Source: a virus (Duplodnaviria; Caudoviricetes). Taken from it: a stretch of 52,065 bases of DNA. The stretch is from positions 1-52,065 of IMG/VR virus record IMGVR_UViG_3300023264_000002; one strand, written 5' to 3'. This document shows positions 19,343-30,500 of the stretch, piece after piece (position 1 is the stretch's first letter; the number at the start of each line of letters is the position of its first letter). The position numbers were made by a program, and so were the translations under genes. The notes under the pieces were generated by a model. It did no database searches. It worked only from the letters and a program-made list of their open reading frames with translations, and had not been told where the DNA came from.

Positions 19343-19916
19343 AAATTACCGAGCTTCTCATAAACCAGATGTCATTATTGGAGCAGATAGAAATCCTCCT
19401 TACATGAAGCGTTGGTGGATTATTCCTCGTAATCGATGGTTTAACATTTATCTTCATGAAGTCGGGCAGGATGACGATGATCGTGCTCTTCATGACCATC
19501 CTTGGGTCAATATGTCATATGTGATTGAGGGTGGTTACAATGAACATACTATTGAGTATGGAGGTATTCATAGACGTGTTCCGAGGTTGCCGGGCGCAAT
19601 CAAATTTCGATTACCCTCTGCGGCTCATCGTCTTGAACTTAGAGGAGATAAAGCCGTAAGTTTGTTTATTACTGGCCCAAATATTAGGAAGTGGGGTTTC
19701 CACTGTCCTAAAGGTTGGAGGCGATATGAAGATTTTGTTACAATGGAAACACTCCCTGATGGGACGGTAGTATCTAATCAAGGAAAAGGATGTGGTGAAG
19801 GGAATACGAGCGTACGAAATGAAGAAACGTCGAGAAATCAGGAGAAGGAACGCGATAGCGCACGATCTAGGAAGTTCGAAGTACCGACAGAGGATTATGT
19901 CCCCGAAGGTACGTAA
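19314..19916 (+). CDS. Cupin-like hypothetical phage protein
   Basis: NIYLH...HDHPW...GGY.E...H; fold assignment is inferred. Confidence 0.65.
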   Translation: MLKIIQKWSKNYRASHKPDVIIGADRNPPYMKRWWIIPRNRWFNIYLHEVGQDDDDRALHDHPWVNMSYVIEGGYNEHTIEYGGIHRRVPRLPGAIKFRLPSAAHRLELRGDKAVSLFITGPNIRKWGFHCPKGWRRYEDFVTMETLPDGTVVSNQGKGCGEGNTSVRNEETSRNQEKERDSARSRKFEVPTEDYVPEGT

Positions 19917-20025
19917 GGAACCCGATATTGATGAATGGGACGATGAGGAAGAAATTCGCACCCTTCATACTAACGACGATATTTATTATCATGATTATGA
20001 TGGATCAATTAAAAGGTATTAACTA

Positions 20026-20379
20026 ATGCTTAAAGACGGTTGGGATAAAATTCAGCGCGAGTGTTTTGAAGTTTCGTATGATGCAGGTTGGTGGAACGAT
20101 GGAAAGGGTAAGTACGTTATTCCTACAAAGCTTTGTCTAATTCATAGTGAAATTTCTGAAGCTATGGAAGGTCATCGTAAGGATTTGATGGATAGTCATC
20201 TTCCTCATCGTAAGGCAGTAGAAGTTGAACTTGCTGACGCAATCATTCGAATTGCCGACCTTGCGGGCGCTCTTGGTCTTGATGTTGGCGGAGCTATTGA
20301 TGAGAAAATGGAATATAATTCTAATAGGAACGACCATAAGCTTGAAGTTCGAGCGTCCGAAGGTGGTAAATCTTACTAA
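20026..20379 (+). CDS. MazG-like NTP pyrophosphohydrolase
   Basis: LIHSEISEAMEGHRK, VELADAIIRI, EKMEYN. Confidence 0.88.
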   Translation: MLKDGWDKIQRECFEVSYDAGWWNDGKGKYVIPTKLCLIHSEISEAMEGHRKDLMDSHLPHRKAVEVELADAIIRIADLAGALGLDVGGAIDEKMEYNSNRNDHKLEVRASEGGKSY

Positions 20380-20527
20380 TGTTTAAATATGAGTTGATGC
20401 AAGAAGGACGAACAGTTGCTTTTGTTTCTTCAAGCTCTCAAGAGGATGCGCTACGAGAAATTCAGCATTATGCGTTTATGTATGGTCAGGATGGACCCGT
20501 TGAAATTCGAGAAGCTAAGGAGTGTAG

Positions 20528-22408
20528 ATGGACGACTATCAGGCAGTAATTCACAAGACCCGTTATGCACGGTGGAGGGATGATCTAGAGCGACGAGAGA
20601 CGTGGGAAGAGACGGTTGAACGTCTTGTGGATTATTATGCTAACACAACTGTGAATGTCGATCCACACGGTGAATGGGCCAATACTTTTGATGAGATAGA
20701 GGAAGCCATTCTAAACATGGAAGTCATGCCGTCTATGCGTTGTATGATGACGGCTGGGCCTGCTCTTGATCGTTGTAATGTTGCAGCTTATAATTGTGCG
20801 TATCTTCCTGTAGATAGTCCTCGCTCGTTTGATGAGGCTATGTACATTCTTATGTGTGGAACAGGGGTTGGTTTTTCTGTTGAGCAGAAGTATGTAGATC
20901 AACTTCCTCGTATATCGGAACATTTTGATGAAACAGACACTACTATTGTCGTTGGAGATAGTAAAGAAGGATGGGCCAAATCTTTTCGGGAACTGCTCAC
21001 CTTACTCATTGCAGGTCAAGTCCCAAAATGGGACGTTTCCCGTTTGCGTCCTGCGGGAGCAAGACTTGTTACATTTGGGGGTAGAGCCTCTGGACCTGCG
21101 CCGCTTATACGTCTGTTTCAATTCACTGTTGAACTTTTTAAACGAGCTTCGGGACGTAGACTAACATCTCTAGAATGTCATGACCTTATGTGCATGATTG
21201 CCGACGTTGTTGTTGTAGGAGGTGTACGTCGATCTGCAATGATTTCCTTGTCTGATCTTGGTTCCGAACCGATGGCAAGGGCTAAGTCAGGGCGTTGGTT
21301 TGATGATTATGTATATCGCCAGCTTGCGAACAACTCAGCTGTATATGAACAAAAACCCTCTGTTGGAGAGTTTTTAAAAGAATGGAAGGACCTTTATGAC
21401 AGTCATTCTGGAGAAAGGGGAATATTTAACCGAGAAGCAAGCCAACGAATTGTTGAACGTTCTGGACGGCGTGATCCGAATTATGACTTCGGTACAAATC
21501 CGTGCAGCGAAATCATCTTGCGACCCTTCCAATTCTGCAACCTCACAGAAGTTGTGGTTCGAGATGGAGACAGCCTCGACGATCTTAAGAGGAAGGTTCG
21601 ATTGGCTACGATCCTTGGTACGATCCAATCCACGTTTACCAATTTTAGATATCTCAGAAAAATCTGGCAACGAAATACAGAGGAAGAACGACTTTTAGGA
21701 GTTTCTCTTACAGGAATATCAGATCATAAAGCGGTCTTCTTTAATGAAGGAAATCTTTTAAATGTTCTTAAACAAGTTGCTATCGAGACTAATACAAAAT
21801 GGGCGGATAGGCTTGGCATCCCTTGCTCTGCTGCTATCACTTGTGTTAAGCCTTCCGGTACTGTTAGTCAGTTGGTTAACAGCGCTTCTGGTATTCACCC
21901 TCGTTGGTCTCACTTTTATATTCGCACGATTAGGAACGATGTTAAAGACCCTATTAGTCGGTTTCTTCAGGATAGCGGAATACCTTTCGAAGTCGATCAA
22001 CGGAACCAATCCTCATTGGTATTTAGTTTTCCTCAACGGGCTCCCGGGTCAGCTATTGTACGTTCCGATATTGAGGCTATTCCGTTCTTAGAACGCTGGA
22101 AGGATTTTCAAGAGAATTGGTGTGAACATAAACCTTCTGTAACAATCTCTGTTGCTGAAGATGAATGGATGGATGTGGCGGCTTGGTCTTACAATAACTT
22201 TGATCTTCTTAGTGGTGTAAGCTATCTTCCTTTTGATCCAACCGAATATCCACAAGCACCTTACCAGACAATTACTGAGGAAGAGTACGAGGAAATGATA
22301 AAGAAAATGCCCAAGCTTAATTGGGACAAGCTAAGTGAGTATGAGAAAGAAGATATGACTACCGGAAGTCAAGAGTTTGCGTGTGTCGGAGATAAATGTG
22401 AAATCTAA
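20528..22408 (+). CDS. nrdJ: Class II (adenosylcobalamin-dependent) ribonucleotide reductase
   Basis: RRETWEE, PSMR, YNC, GGVRRSA, TNPCSE, CVKPSGT, C-terminal CVGDKCEI; no beta subunit gene seen. Confidence 0.93.
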   Translation: MDDYQAVIHKTRYARWRDDLERRETWEETVERLVDYYANTTVNVDPHGEWANTFDEIEEAILNMEVMPSMRCMMTAGPALDRCNVAAYNCAYLPVDSPRSFDEAMYILMCGTGVGFSVEQKYVDQLPRISEHFDETDTTIVVGDSKEGWAKSFRELLTLLIAGQVPKWDVSRLRPAGARLVTFGGRASGPAPLIRLFQFTVELFKRASGRRLTSLECHDLMCMIADVVVVGGVRRSAMISLSDLGSEPMARAKSGRWFDDYVYRQLANNSAVYEQKPSVGEFLKEWKDLYDSHSGERGIFNREASQRIVERSGRRDPNYDFGTNPCSEIILRPFQFCNLTEVVVRDGDSLDDLKRKVRLATILGTIQSTFTNFRYLRKIWQRNTEEERLLGVSLTGISDHKAVFFNEGNLLNVLKQVAIETNTKWADRLGIPCSAAITCVKPSGTVSQLVNSASGIHPRWSHFYIRTIRNDVKDPISRFLQDSGIPFEVDQRNQSSLVFSFPQRAPGSAIVRSDIEAIPFLERWKDFQENWCEHKPSVTISVAEDEWMDVAAWSYNNFDLLSGVSYLPFDPTEYPQAPYQTITEEEYEEMIKKMPKLNWDKLSEYEKEDMTTGSQEFACVGDKCEI

Positions 22409-22432
22409 CCCCTATATAGGAGAATAAAACTA

Positions 22433-22681
22433 ATGGCTAAGAACGATATTGTTACTGTTAACGAAGGCGGTACGTACGAGAATAACGCTACTAAGGATCG
22501 TGTTGTTGCGTGGCATGTAGATATGGGCCGAGTGGTCCGTTATAGCCCGCAGTCGATCGGTTCTGGTCGCGAATATCGTATGCCGGTAGGTGAGTTTCTT
22601 GAAAACTTCACGGAAGTTGAAGAGAAGCAGCCTGCTGCTAAGATTAACAACCCTGATGGAACGGAGAAAAATAGTAAGTAA
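22433..22681 (+). CDS. Hypothetical protein
   Basis: AGGAG RBS; ORF track. Confidence 0.7.
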   Translation: MAKNDIVTVNEGGTYENNATKDRVVAWHVDMGRVVRYSPQSIGSGREYRMPVGEFLENFTEVEEKQPAAKINNPDGTEKNSK

Positions 22682-22881
22682 TGAACGACATTGATCTGAA
22701 CGGAGCTACTGAGCTTCGTGAAGGTCGTCGAGAGATGGTGTCCGGGCAGATCAAAATCACACCTTATGGCGAGATTAAGTTCAAGCTTAAGGTGGATATG
22801 CCCGGACGCGTCTCGGAAGACGACTTTAAGAAGTATATGCGTGAGTATGGTGAAATCATAACGGAGGCTTTTAAGAAATGA
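22681..22881 (+). CDS. Hypothetical protein
   Basis: TAATG coupling with the upstream ORF. Confidence 0.7.
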   Translation: MNDIDLNGATELREGRREMVSGQIKITPYGEIKFKLKVDMPGRVSEDDFKKYMREYGEIITEAFKK

Positions 22882-23135
22882 ATGACAATGAAAATGTAAT
22901 TGATTTTCCTAAGATTTTTCCTATTTCTGTTGGTGATGTCATCGACGGTGTGATAGACGATGATCCTGAAGCTGTCTTTATTATTAGTCGTAATCGTGAT
23001 GGACAGGTGAATATTTATTCAAATCTTGAAGCTGAATATGCTGATGATCTTCTCGATGAAGGTGTTGAAGTGTACGAAAGGTTGTTTGAATATTCTGAGG
23101 AGGACGATGATCGTGGCGGAAATATTCCGGCTTGA
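22878..23135 (+). CDS. Acidic hypothetical protein
   Basis: ATGA overlap; GGAGG RBS. Confidence 0.7.
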   Translation: MNDNENVIDFPKIFPISVGDVIDGVIDDDPEAVFIISRNRDGQVNIYSNLEAEYADDLLDEGVEVYERLFEYSEEDDDRGGNIPA

Positions 23136-23672
23136 AGCTAAAGAACTTCTTGATCGGGAGTGGGAAGACGGATACGCTTCCGGTGTACATGATGTTTGTA
23201 ACGAATTGAGATATTCTATTGAAGATACTGAGCGATCTCTTATTCTTCTCAGAGAAAAGTATTTAAAGGATAAATATGGAAAACGATAAAGGTGCTTTCT
23301 TTCTAGCTGATTTTGGAGATGGAAGAGTCCTTTCATACGACAACGCCGAGGCTGCTAGGAAAGTTCTTCGCGCTGATGCGGAAGTTAGTCCTGACATGCC
23401 TCGTCGTCTATGGAAGGTTCTACCTTACCATGATCCCGTAGAAATTATGATCTAATGAAACAGTTCTTTAATGACTACGGATGGATCATCGCTTTTCTTG
23501 CTTTGTTTATGATTATCTGTAGTCTTCCAATGATTGGATCAAAGTAATGAAACCAGATGAAATTGAACGTATTCGCGACTATCTGAATCTTTTATCAGAA
23601 AAACCTCTAAAAGATTTTACTGAAAAAGATGTCGATTTCCTTCTTAAGTATGCTTCTAGATATGTAATGATG

Positions 23673-24266
23673 TTAGACTAATCGTCCAATCTTCTTAAAG
23701 ATTGATTTTGACTTCTTTTTTGGTGTATCTTCTCCACTAGAAGAGGAATCAATAGTGACCTCAGCGTTGGGTTCTCCCTGTACTTTTACAGTGGTTGAAC
23801 CTGATGCTGAGGTTTCTTTTTGTGTAATCGACCCACGCTCAACACCTTTAACCTTCTCATATGTACGAAGACCGCCGAAGCCAAGCATACCCATCATAAT
23901 AGTCATGATGTATTCCATGGGCAACTCAGGAAACGATCCTTTATACATAAAGGCCGTACGAGCGAAGAATTCCATGAAAGGATTGAGAACAAATGAATAT
24001 CCAAGAGCTGATGCTCCAATCCATCCAACAGCCGGTCGCCAACCCGCTACGAATAGAGAGTCGGATTTTGCTTCCTCAGTGTTTACAGCAATCTGACCCA
24101 TCTGTTCATCATGGGCTCTCTGAGAAAGCTTGTCTTCGAGTTCAGCTAATTTATAGTTGATCTCCATTCTCTTGTCTTTATCGACAACAACCTCAGAAAC
24201 AATATCTTTTACAGGGGAAAGAATTCCACCAATAATGTCACCTAAACCAAAAGCCATTTTATTCAA
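23673..24266 (-). CDS. Holin (3TM / GTA holin-like)
   Basis: FVAGWRPAVGW, GMLGFGGLRTYEKVKG; adjacent to the endolysin. Confidence 0.85.
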   Translation of the reverse strand: MNKMAFGLGDIIGGILSPVKDIVSEVVVDKDKRMEINYKLAELEDKLSQRAHDEQMGQIAVNTEEAKSDSLFVAGWRPAVGWIGASALGYSFVLNPFMEFFARTAFMYKGSFPELPMEYIMTIMMGMLGFGGLRTYEKVKGVERGSITQKETSASGSTTVKVQGEPNAEVTIDSSSSGEDTPKKKSKSIFKKIGRLV

Positions 24267-24807
24267 CTCCTAAAGAAAGGGCAGCACGAAGTTGGACACG
24301 AAGCAAACGACGCATCCAACCATTGAGAAAAGCAAGCTGGCTTGGCTTGCGTTTGATAAGGCTTACGAGGAACTGGAGTCTCGCATCTATGATGCGGAAT
24401 ATCAAGACCCCGGGTTCATTGGAAAGTACATCATTGAGAGCCTTGAGCGTCTTAGGGCCGAGTTTACCGTCCTGCGTGACATGGAGAGCCTCTTGGAGCC
24501 ACTTCGATCCCCGTGAGGGACCAGAGTTAACTGCGGCGTCAAATACCATATAATTGACAGGCCAAGGTAGCTTATCACAACCAGCCTCGTCCCAATACAT
24601 AGACTTATAAAGCCTAAACGCTTCCTCTTTTGTAATCTTAGACACAGCCTGAGGGCTAGCCTTAATAGCTTTCCTCCAACCATTATAGGTCGCCTGTGTC
24701 ACACCGTACATCGTGGCTCCGCCCGTGTCCGAAGGATGATTACTAAATCCCCCCTCCTCTTCAAGTAACCACTCTAGACTCTGTTCTAGTGCTTCATCGT
24801 TAGTCAT
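24259..24807 (-). CDS. Endolysin, glycoside hydrolase family 108
   Basis: EEGGFSNHPSDTGGATMYGVT, FDAAVNSG, DGKLGPKT, FLNGWMRR. Confidence 0.93.
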   Translation of the reverse strand: MTNDEALEQSLEWLLEEEGGFSNHPSDTGGATMYGVTQATYNGWRKAIKASPQAVSKITKEEAFRLYKSMYWDEAGCDKLPWPVNYMVFDAAVNSGPSRGSKWLQEALHVTQDGKLGPKTLKALNDVLSNEPGVLIFRIIDARLQFLVSLIKRKPSQLAFLNGWMRRLLRVQLRAALSLGVE

Positions 24808-24965
24808 TTTCCAACCCTATGCTTTAGACCCTGAGGATCAATCGTTTTAATTCGTGTAGCAGGATCATACGGATTAGGCGTACGAGAAGCTGCCGCTACA
24901 CGAGCTGGTCTTGTCTTTATTGCCCAACGGTCTAAGAACTTGGCGCGTTTATCGCTGTTTGGCAT
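24804..24965 (-). CDS. Small basic hypothetical protein (53 aa)
   Basis: GGAGG RBS; ATGA overlap with the endolysin start; translated manually. Confidence 0.55.
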   Translation of the reverse strand: MPNSDKRAKFLDRWAIKTRPARVAAASRTPNPYDPATRIKTIDPQGLKHRVGK

Positions 24966-25089
24966 TGTGGATGGCCTCCCTTACTTTGCTGTAATGGACA
25001 GGATGACGGTGATAAAGAATACTAAACAACTTATCCGGATGATAGATTCCCGCCTTCATCAATGTTAGAGTTTCTCTTTCAAGGTTCAT
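24949..25089 (-). CDS. Small hypothetical protein (46 aa)
   Basis: TAATG coupling to the upstream gene; translated manually (MNLERETL...). Confidence 0.5.
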   Translation of the reverse strand: MNLERETLTLMKAGIYHPDKLFSILYHRHPVHYSKVREAIHNAKQR

Positions 25090-27566
25090 TATGCCGATTC
25101 TCCTTTAATAATAATATCTCGGGCTTCTTCCCACGAACTATTCATAAGCTTTGCCGCTTCATCTCTAGAAAGGGAAACCCACCTACGTCTGAGGGCTGTA
25201 GGGCCTTTAGACTTAGCATCATTAAAGATTGCACGAGCGACCGCTTCCTGATTTTCAGGGGTCAAGGGCGCATTTCTCCAATTCTTACCAAGGGCCTGTT
25301 CTCCAAACTCTTCGTAAGTACTCTGCGTGATTTGGAACAAACCAGACGCTGTAGACGAAACACCGTGATTGTTAATCAGTCCTTTTCCCCATGTGACAAG
25401 ATCACCAAGGGTTTGAATGCTAGCAGGAACATGGGTAATACCCGTCTTTCCTTTAGCTTCGTAATTAACTACTCGGTCTTGTCCGTGTCCAAGGGTAAAC
25501 TGACCCGGAGTGAATTCTTCATTATTGATTGCGTCCATCGTTTCTTTAATGGCTCGATCAACATTCTCACCCCAAGTAGCAACCTTCTTAGACGAAGGAG
25601 AACCTGCGTTTTCTTTTTGACGAAGCTTTTCAGGAACTTCTCCAAGACCGTACAAACGACGACGTTCAATATCTGTAAGACCAAGATTAGCAGGAACGTC
25701 TTTATCATAACCATTTGACTGCCTTCCAGACATCCAATCTAGAGCCATATTCAGTGCTTTGACCTTCATTTGGGTTAATTCATTGGGTCCATAGTTTTCA
25801 CTTGTTGGCCCAATCTTACCGATCATATTATTGCCAGCACGAGGACGAGGACGACCAGTAGGCTCCGCAACAACGCGACCTGTACGATTGTCCATAGCAA
25901 TGCGGAAGAACTGATCTCCTGTCGGGGCTTTCCGAAGAGATTCAATAACATTCTGCATTCCCGGTAGAGCAACATCACGGACAACAGGAACAAGGTCTCC
26001 GTTAGCCTTTGGAGGCCCACTAAAGAGAAGCTGGTTTACATTACGATTAGCTGTACGCATTACAAGACCTGTGAGGTTGCGAACACCCCACTCAGGAACG
26101 GCATCACCCATACCATCAAAGACAGCACCAGCAGCAAGAACCGCCTGTCGGTGAGCTGTAGCATTGACCCCTGTTCTAACAGCTTCATTCTGTGTAAGCT
26201 GCTCCATATGTCCGAGCATGCTAGGAAGCTGCTGACGAGCCTCAGCCGGGGTCAAATCCTTAAGGTTCTTTTCTCCTTTAAGAATAGCGACAGCATTAGC
26301 AATATGCCTTCGTGCATCTCCCCGATCATTAAAGTTAAAACCCTGAAGCTCTTTCTTCAATGCAGCAGCGTTCGGACCACCAAGAACAGTATTCTTAATA
26401 AAAGATTCCATCTCCGTACCCGACACCATTCCTAGACCAAAGCTTTCCTTAAGCTGATTGAAAAGAGGAAGGGCCGTAGTTACATTCATCTTAAGTTCAT
26501 TCTGCATAAGCTGAAGGCCACGCATAGACGCTTGCACATCGCCAAGAGGGCCTGTGTACATCTGAGTAATGTTATTAAGCTGATTGGTGAGAGTCTTCCG
26601 AAGTTCTTCTCGACGCTCAGGTTTCATTGATCCGCCTGCACGAGCCATGATATTCTCAATGCGCTGCTGACCAAGAGTCTGAATAGACCTTACCATCTCC
26701 GTCATACGAGGTTCTTTCTCAGAGGGAGGAATGTTTGGGTCCATCATCATGTTAAAGACAGTACGATGAGCAGCCTGAAACTGCGGACTAGCGAAATTAA
26801 TCGCAGCCTGATACGTCTCTTCACTTGTATCATCCCTTGCGTCTTCCGATTGTGTTCGAGCCGTAGAGACAAGTGTTGCGTTCAAATTAGCGTTCTTGAC
26901 TTTAAGGTCAAGCATATGCTCTGCTTCAAGAGCCTGCCGCCCCAAAGTAAGAAACTCGGTTTCAGGCATTGTTGAAGGATCAAGACCAAGTTCGACAGAC
27001 TTGTTATACCACGTTTCGTATGTTTTCTGTCGAAGTTCTTCGTCTTCACTAACAGCTTTACTTGCACGATTGTAGTCTGCCATGATAGGAGACATCAATC
27101 CGTGCTTATCAAACTGCCCAAGAATAGCCGCTCTTTGATTAGGATACTTAGCAAACAATCGACGAAGAGCAGCCTGAGTACGGACTTCTACTTGGTCACG
27201 ACGAGCCCTTCCCTGCTGAACCGCCGAAGCATGTGTAGCAAGACTTCCGGCTTCCTCAGCAGCAGCAACCGTAGCAGCCTGTTCCCCGGGGTCTACAACA
27301 GCATCAATTTCCTCAGCAGCAGCTTCGTTAAGAGCAGAGTCCTCTTCTGCCTTCTGTGCATCTAATCGCGCCTGACGAGCGTCCTGCGCCCTCTGACGAG
27401 CCCTTGCATTCATCCTATCCCTCGTCTGTTGTCCACCTTCATAGGTATCAACAGCTGTACCGACAGCACCGAGAAGACTAGAAAAGATACCCGGGCCTGT
27501 TTTAGGGGGAGCAAGAGTTTCTTTGCCAGACATAGGAACAGAAAGGGTTTCAGTAAGATCAGCCAT
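25089..27566 (-). CDS. Internal virion (ejection) protein with C-terminal lysozyme-like domain
   Basis: Ala/Gln-rich helical body; C-terminal STASGLFQIT..TY, PENQ, RRWVSL resembling lambda R-type muramidase. Confidence 0.8.
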   Translation of the reverse strand: MADLTETLSVPMSGKETLAPPKTGPGIFSSLLGAVGTAVDTYEGGQQTRDRMNARARQRAQDARQARLDAQKAEEDSALNEAAAEEIDAVVDPGEQAATVAAAEEAGSLATHASAVQQGRARRDQVEVRTQAALRRLFAKYPNQRAAILGQFDKHGLMSPIMADYNRASKAVSEDEELRQKTYETWYNKSVELGLDPSTMPETEFLTLGRQALEAEHMLDLKVKNANLNATLVSTARTQSEDARDDTSEETYQAAINFASPQFQAAHRTVFNMMMDPNIPPSEKEPRMTEMVRSIQTLGQQRIENIMARAGGSMKPERREELRKTLTNQLNNITQMYTGPLGDVQASMRGLQLMQNELKMNVTTALPLFNQLKESFGLGMVSGTEMESFIKNTVLGGPNAAALKKELQGFNFNDRGDARRHIANAVAILKGEKNLKDLTPAEARQQLPSMLGHMEQLTQNEAVRTGVNATAHRQAVLAAGAVFDGMGDAVPEWGVRNLTGLVMRTANRNVNQLLFSGPPKANGDLVPVVRDVALPGMQNVIESLRKAPTGDQFFRIAMDNRTGRVVAEPTGRPRPRAGNNMIGKIGPTSENYGPNELTQMKVKALNMALDWMSGRQSNGYDKDVPANLGLTDIERRRLYGLGEVPEKLRQKENAGSPSSKKVATWGENVDRAIKETMDAINNEEFTPGQFTLGHGQDRVVNYEAKGKTGITHVPASIQTLGDLVTWGKGLINNHGVSSTASGLFQITQSTYEEFGEQALGKNWRNAPLTPENQEAVARAIFNDAKSKGPTALRRRWVSLSRDEAAKLMNSSWEEARDIIIKGESA

Positions 27567-30500
27567 TATTTAGCACTCTTTCCTTCTTTGATGTATCTTT
27601 TATCACGATTACGAATTAGCGAGGTATAAAGAGAAGGGTCTGTAACCTTATGAGCTTCCTTAAGAACATCTTCACGAAGCTCCGGGGGAATCATATTAAC
27701 AAGAACATTTACCTTCTTAGCGTTAGTTTCAAACAGAGACGGAATTGCAACAGCTTCCTGACGAAGATTTGTAATCTCTCTAGCAAGCTCCTTAATGTCT
27801 TCCTTTCTGTTTTGGTTGTACGCCATCATGACACCGATTTCAGTGATTTCCGCTGGAGGAACACCAAGAGCAATCCATATAGCATCTTCAGGAGGAAGAC
27901 CAGAAGCAGTCACGCCGCCTTTCTGTGATTTATAGACTCCGTACTGCCAAACCATCCGAGCTTTAAGAGCGTTATTAACTGTTGAAATATTCTTAGCCAG
28001 TTCAATAACTTCATCTTCAGACAAACCAACATTATCTTCAGAACCGCTCTCGTGTGTCATCCAATACGTTGCAGCTTCAATGGCTGAACCAAGCGCTGTA
28101 CCCATAATAGAATAAGTAGCACCACCAGCGATATCAGCAAAAGACTTTTCATTATGAGCCGACATACCAAAGAGATCGCGGACAAGATCAGAAGACCAGT
28201 TACCCGTTCCCCACCTCTGAGAGACTTCAACATCGGCTCCAAAGAGTTCTTTAATCATGAAGTCAGCAACACCACGATCCGCGACTCCAAGGATAGACTC
28301 AATATCTGGTTTAACTCCATAATGTTCCTTTACCATTTCTGAAATACCCGCAATGATTGGAAGACCGGCTGTTCCGGCCATACCCATCTGAGCCGCTGCA
28401 AGACGAAGCTTTTGAGCGGCTGTAAAATTACCACCAACAAGAGCCTCAATCATTCGAACATTATAAGCCCAAAACTGAGTAGGAATTGACATCAAACCTG
28501 TCTGCCAAGCAGCTTTAGACTCGTTACTCATATTGAAGGCGTAGTTCTCAGCGCGACCAGAAAGGAAGTTGTTGAATTCAAATGTTCCAACTTTGTCCTT
28601 ACCGAGACGTTCGATAGCCTCACCGTACGCAATTCTCCAAGCAGTCAGCCGGTTCCAAACTTCGGCTTCATAGAAGAAGAATCGACCCATTTCTCTTGCA
28701 CTTGAAATACCGCCCTTAAAAGAACCAAAGGTATTCGCAGGGCCAATATTATTAACAAGAGCGTGAGTGTCGCCAAGATCAAAGAAACCTGACCTAGCAG
28801 CTTCTCGAACATAATTCTTGAATTCTGTAATATCGTCAAAACCAGATAGCTTAGCGCCTCCACGCTTGACAACAGTATCAAGAACGTTCTCTGCAACTTC
28901 CTTACCCATACGAGCAGCAGTAAAATAAGCACGGACGAACGGAACAGAGGCAATACCTCTTGCTCCCAACTTAGGACTAAGAGCCATAGCAGAAATCATT
29001 GTTGAAGACTGAAGAAGTAGCTGTCCCGGGTTCAACATACCAAGCTTCATATCAAAGGCCATACCACGAAGGAACCCAATAGGGCTTCGATCCTGAAGCC
29101 AGTAGACACCCTTTGACAACTGCTGACGAAGAACACTGTCCGAGTCACCAACAATCCATTCAGCTGTCGAGCGCATGAAGTTTCTCAAGCCTCGATCAAA
29201 GTCACTTTCAAAACCAAGGATACGTTTAATAGACTCTCTCTGCGCTTCGATCTGCTGACGAAGCGACACAGGAGTAGAACGCTTAACTGTCGCCGAGTTG
29301 AAGATATGAACAGGTGACTGAGCAATATCCTCAGGTAGGTCACGAATGTTCAACTCACCCTTGTACTCTCTGTACCAACGGTCAATTGAAGAGACCTTGA
29401 AGTCAGAGAAGGACGACATCTGAGCAACGTTGTTCAAAGCTTTTGACTGAGCCTCGAAAGGATCAATTGTTGGAGCCCATTCACCTGTGTAGTCCTTAAG
29501 AGCTTCGCCCTTAGAACTTGTGAACATCTTACCTGTCGTACGATAATAGCCGTTAAAGCCAACCTCTTCTTCATCAATGAAGTTTTCAATGTCTTCTGAT
29601 TTGTTATATGCAGATGGCATCTCACGATCAAAGACGGCTTCAAACGGTTCATCTTTATCAATATGACCGGCTTCAAGGTCTTTAATAAACTGTTCACCGT
29701 CAGGAAAACCCTTTTGCGCCCTGAAGATGTTCTCATCAAGATACACCGCACTCTTACCGTCATTGACAGCAAGACGAGCAGCATTCATAGTCTCAGCCCA
29801 ATCACGCGCTATCTTAACATTCGGAGCCGTGATATGAACGTTCGGGTTCTTTAGAAACTTCTTCCCTGTGTCCGGCTGAGTTCCATACACAGCCTGCTTG
29901 ACGAAATATTTGTCTGCATACAGACGATGACCGCCCGCCTTATAGGGGAGCTGAACAGTTTTCAAAGGCTTACGAAGAACATCATTCCTCTTTGCAATGA
30001 ACCAATCAATTGTTGTTCCGTCCTTAAGCTTCATCGCTTCTTCCATACGGAACATAACGTAACCCTGTGCCTTCAGATCATGAAGACGATCATTTGTTAA
30101 GTTTCCAATCTCACCGTGAATATCACTATTTGTGTAGTGAATGTCGTCGGAAATATTATAAATACGAGCCTTCGGTGCGTTACCCATTTCATAGAAACGA
30201 ATGTTCGCCTCCACAGGATCACCCATTACAGAGAATTCACCTGTTTCAAACCCACGAATAACCTTCTGACGATACACATCAGCATTTCGAAGCTGATATT
30301 CTAGGTCATTGTTAAGCCGGAATTGCTTATAGGCATTAACAACACGTTCTGAAGGAAGTTTTCCTGTCGCTCGCTCGTATAGAACGTTGAACTCTGACGG
30401 CTTAAACCAAACAGAACGCTTATCTCCTTCAGCAAGAACCTGATTAAGCCACAGGCGTTCTTTCTTATCAAGCGCTCTGTAGGCTTTGGTGAGATTACCT

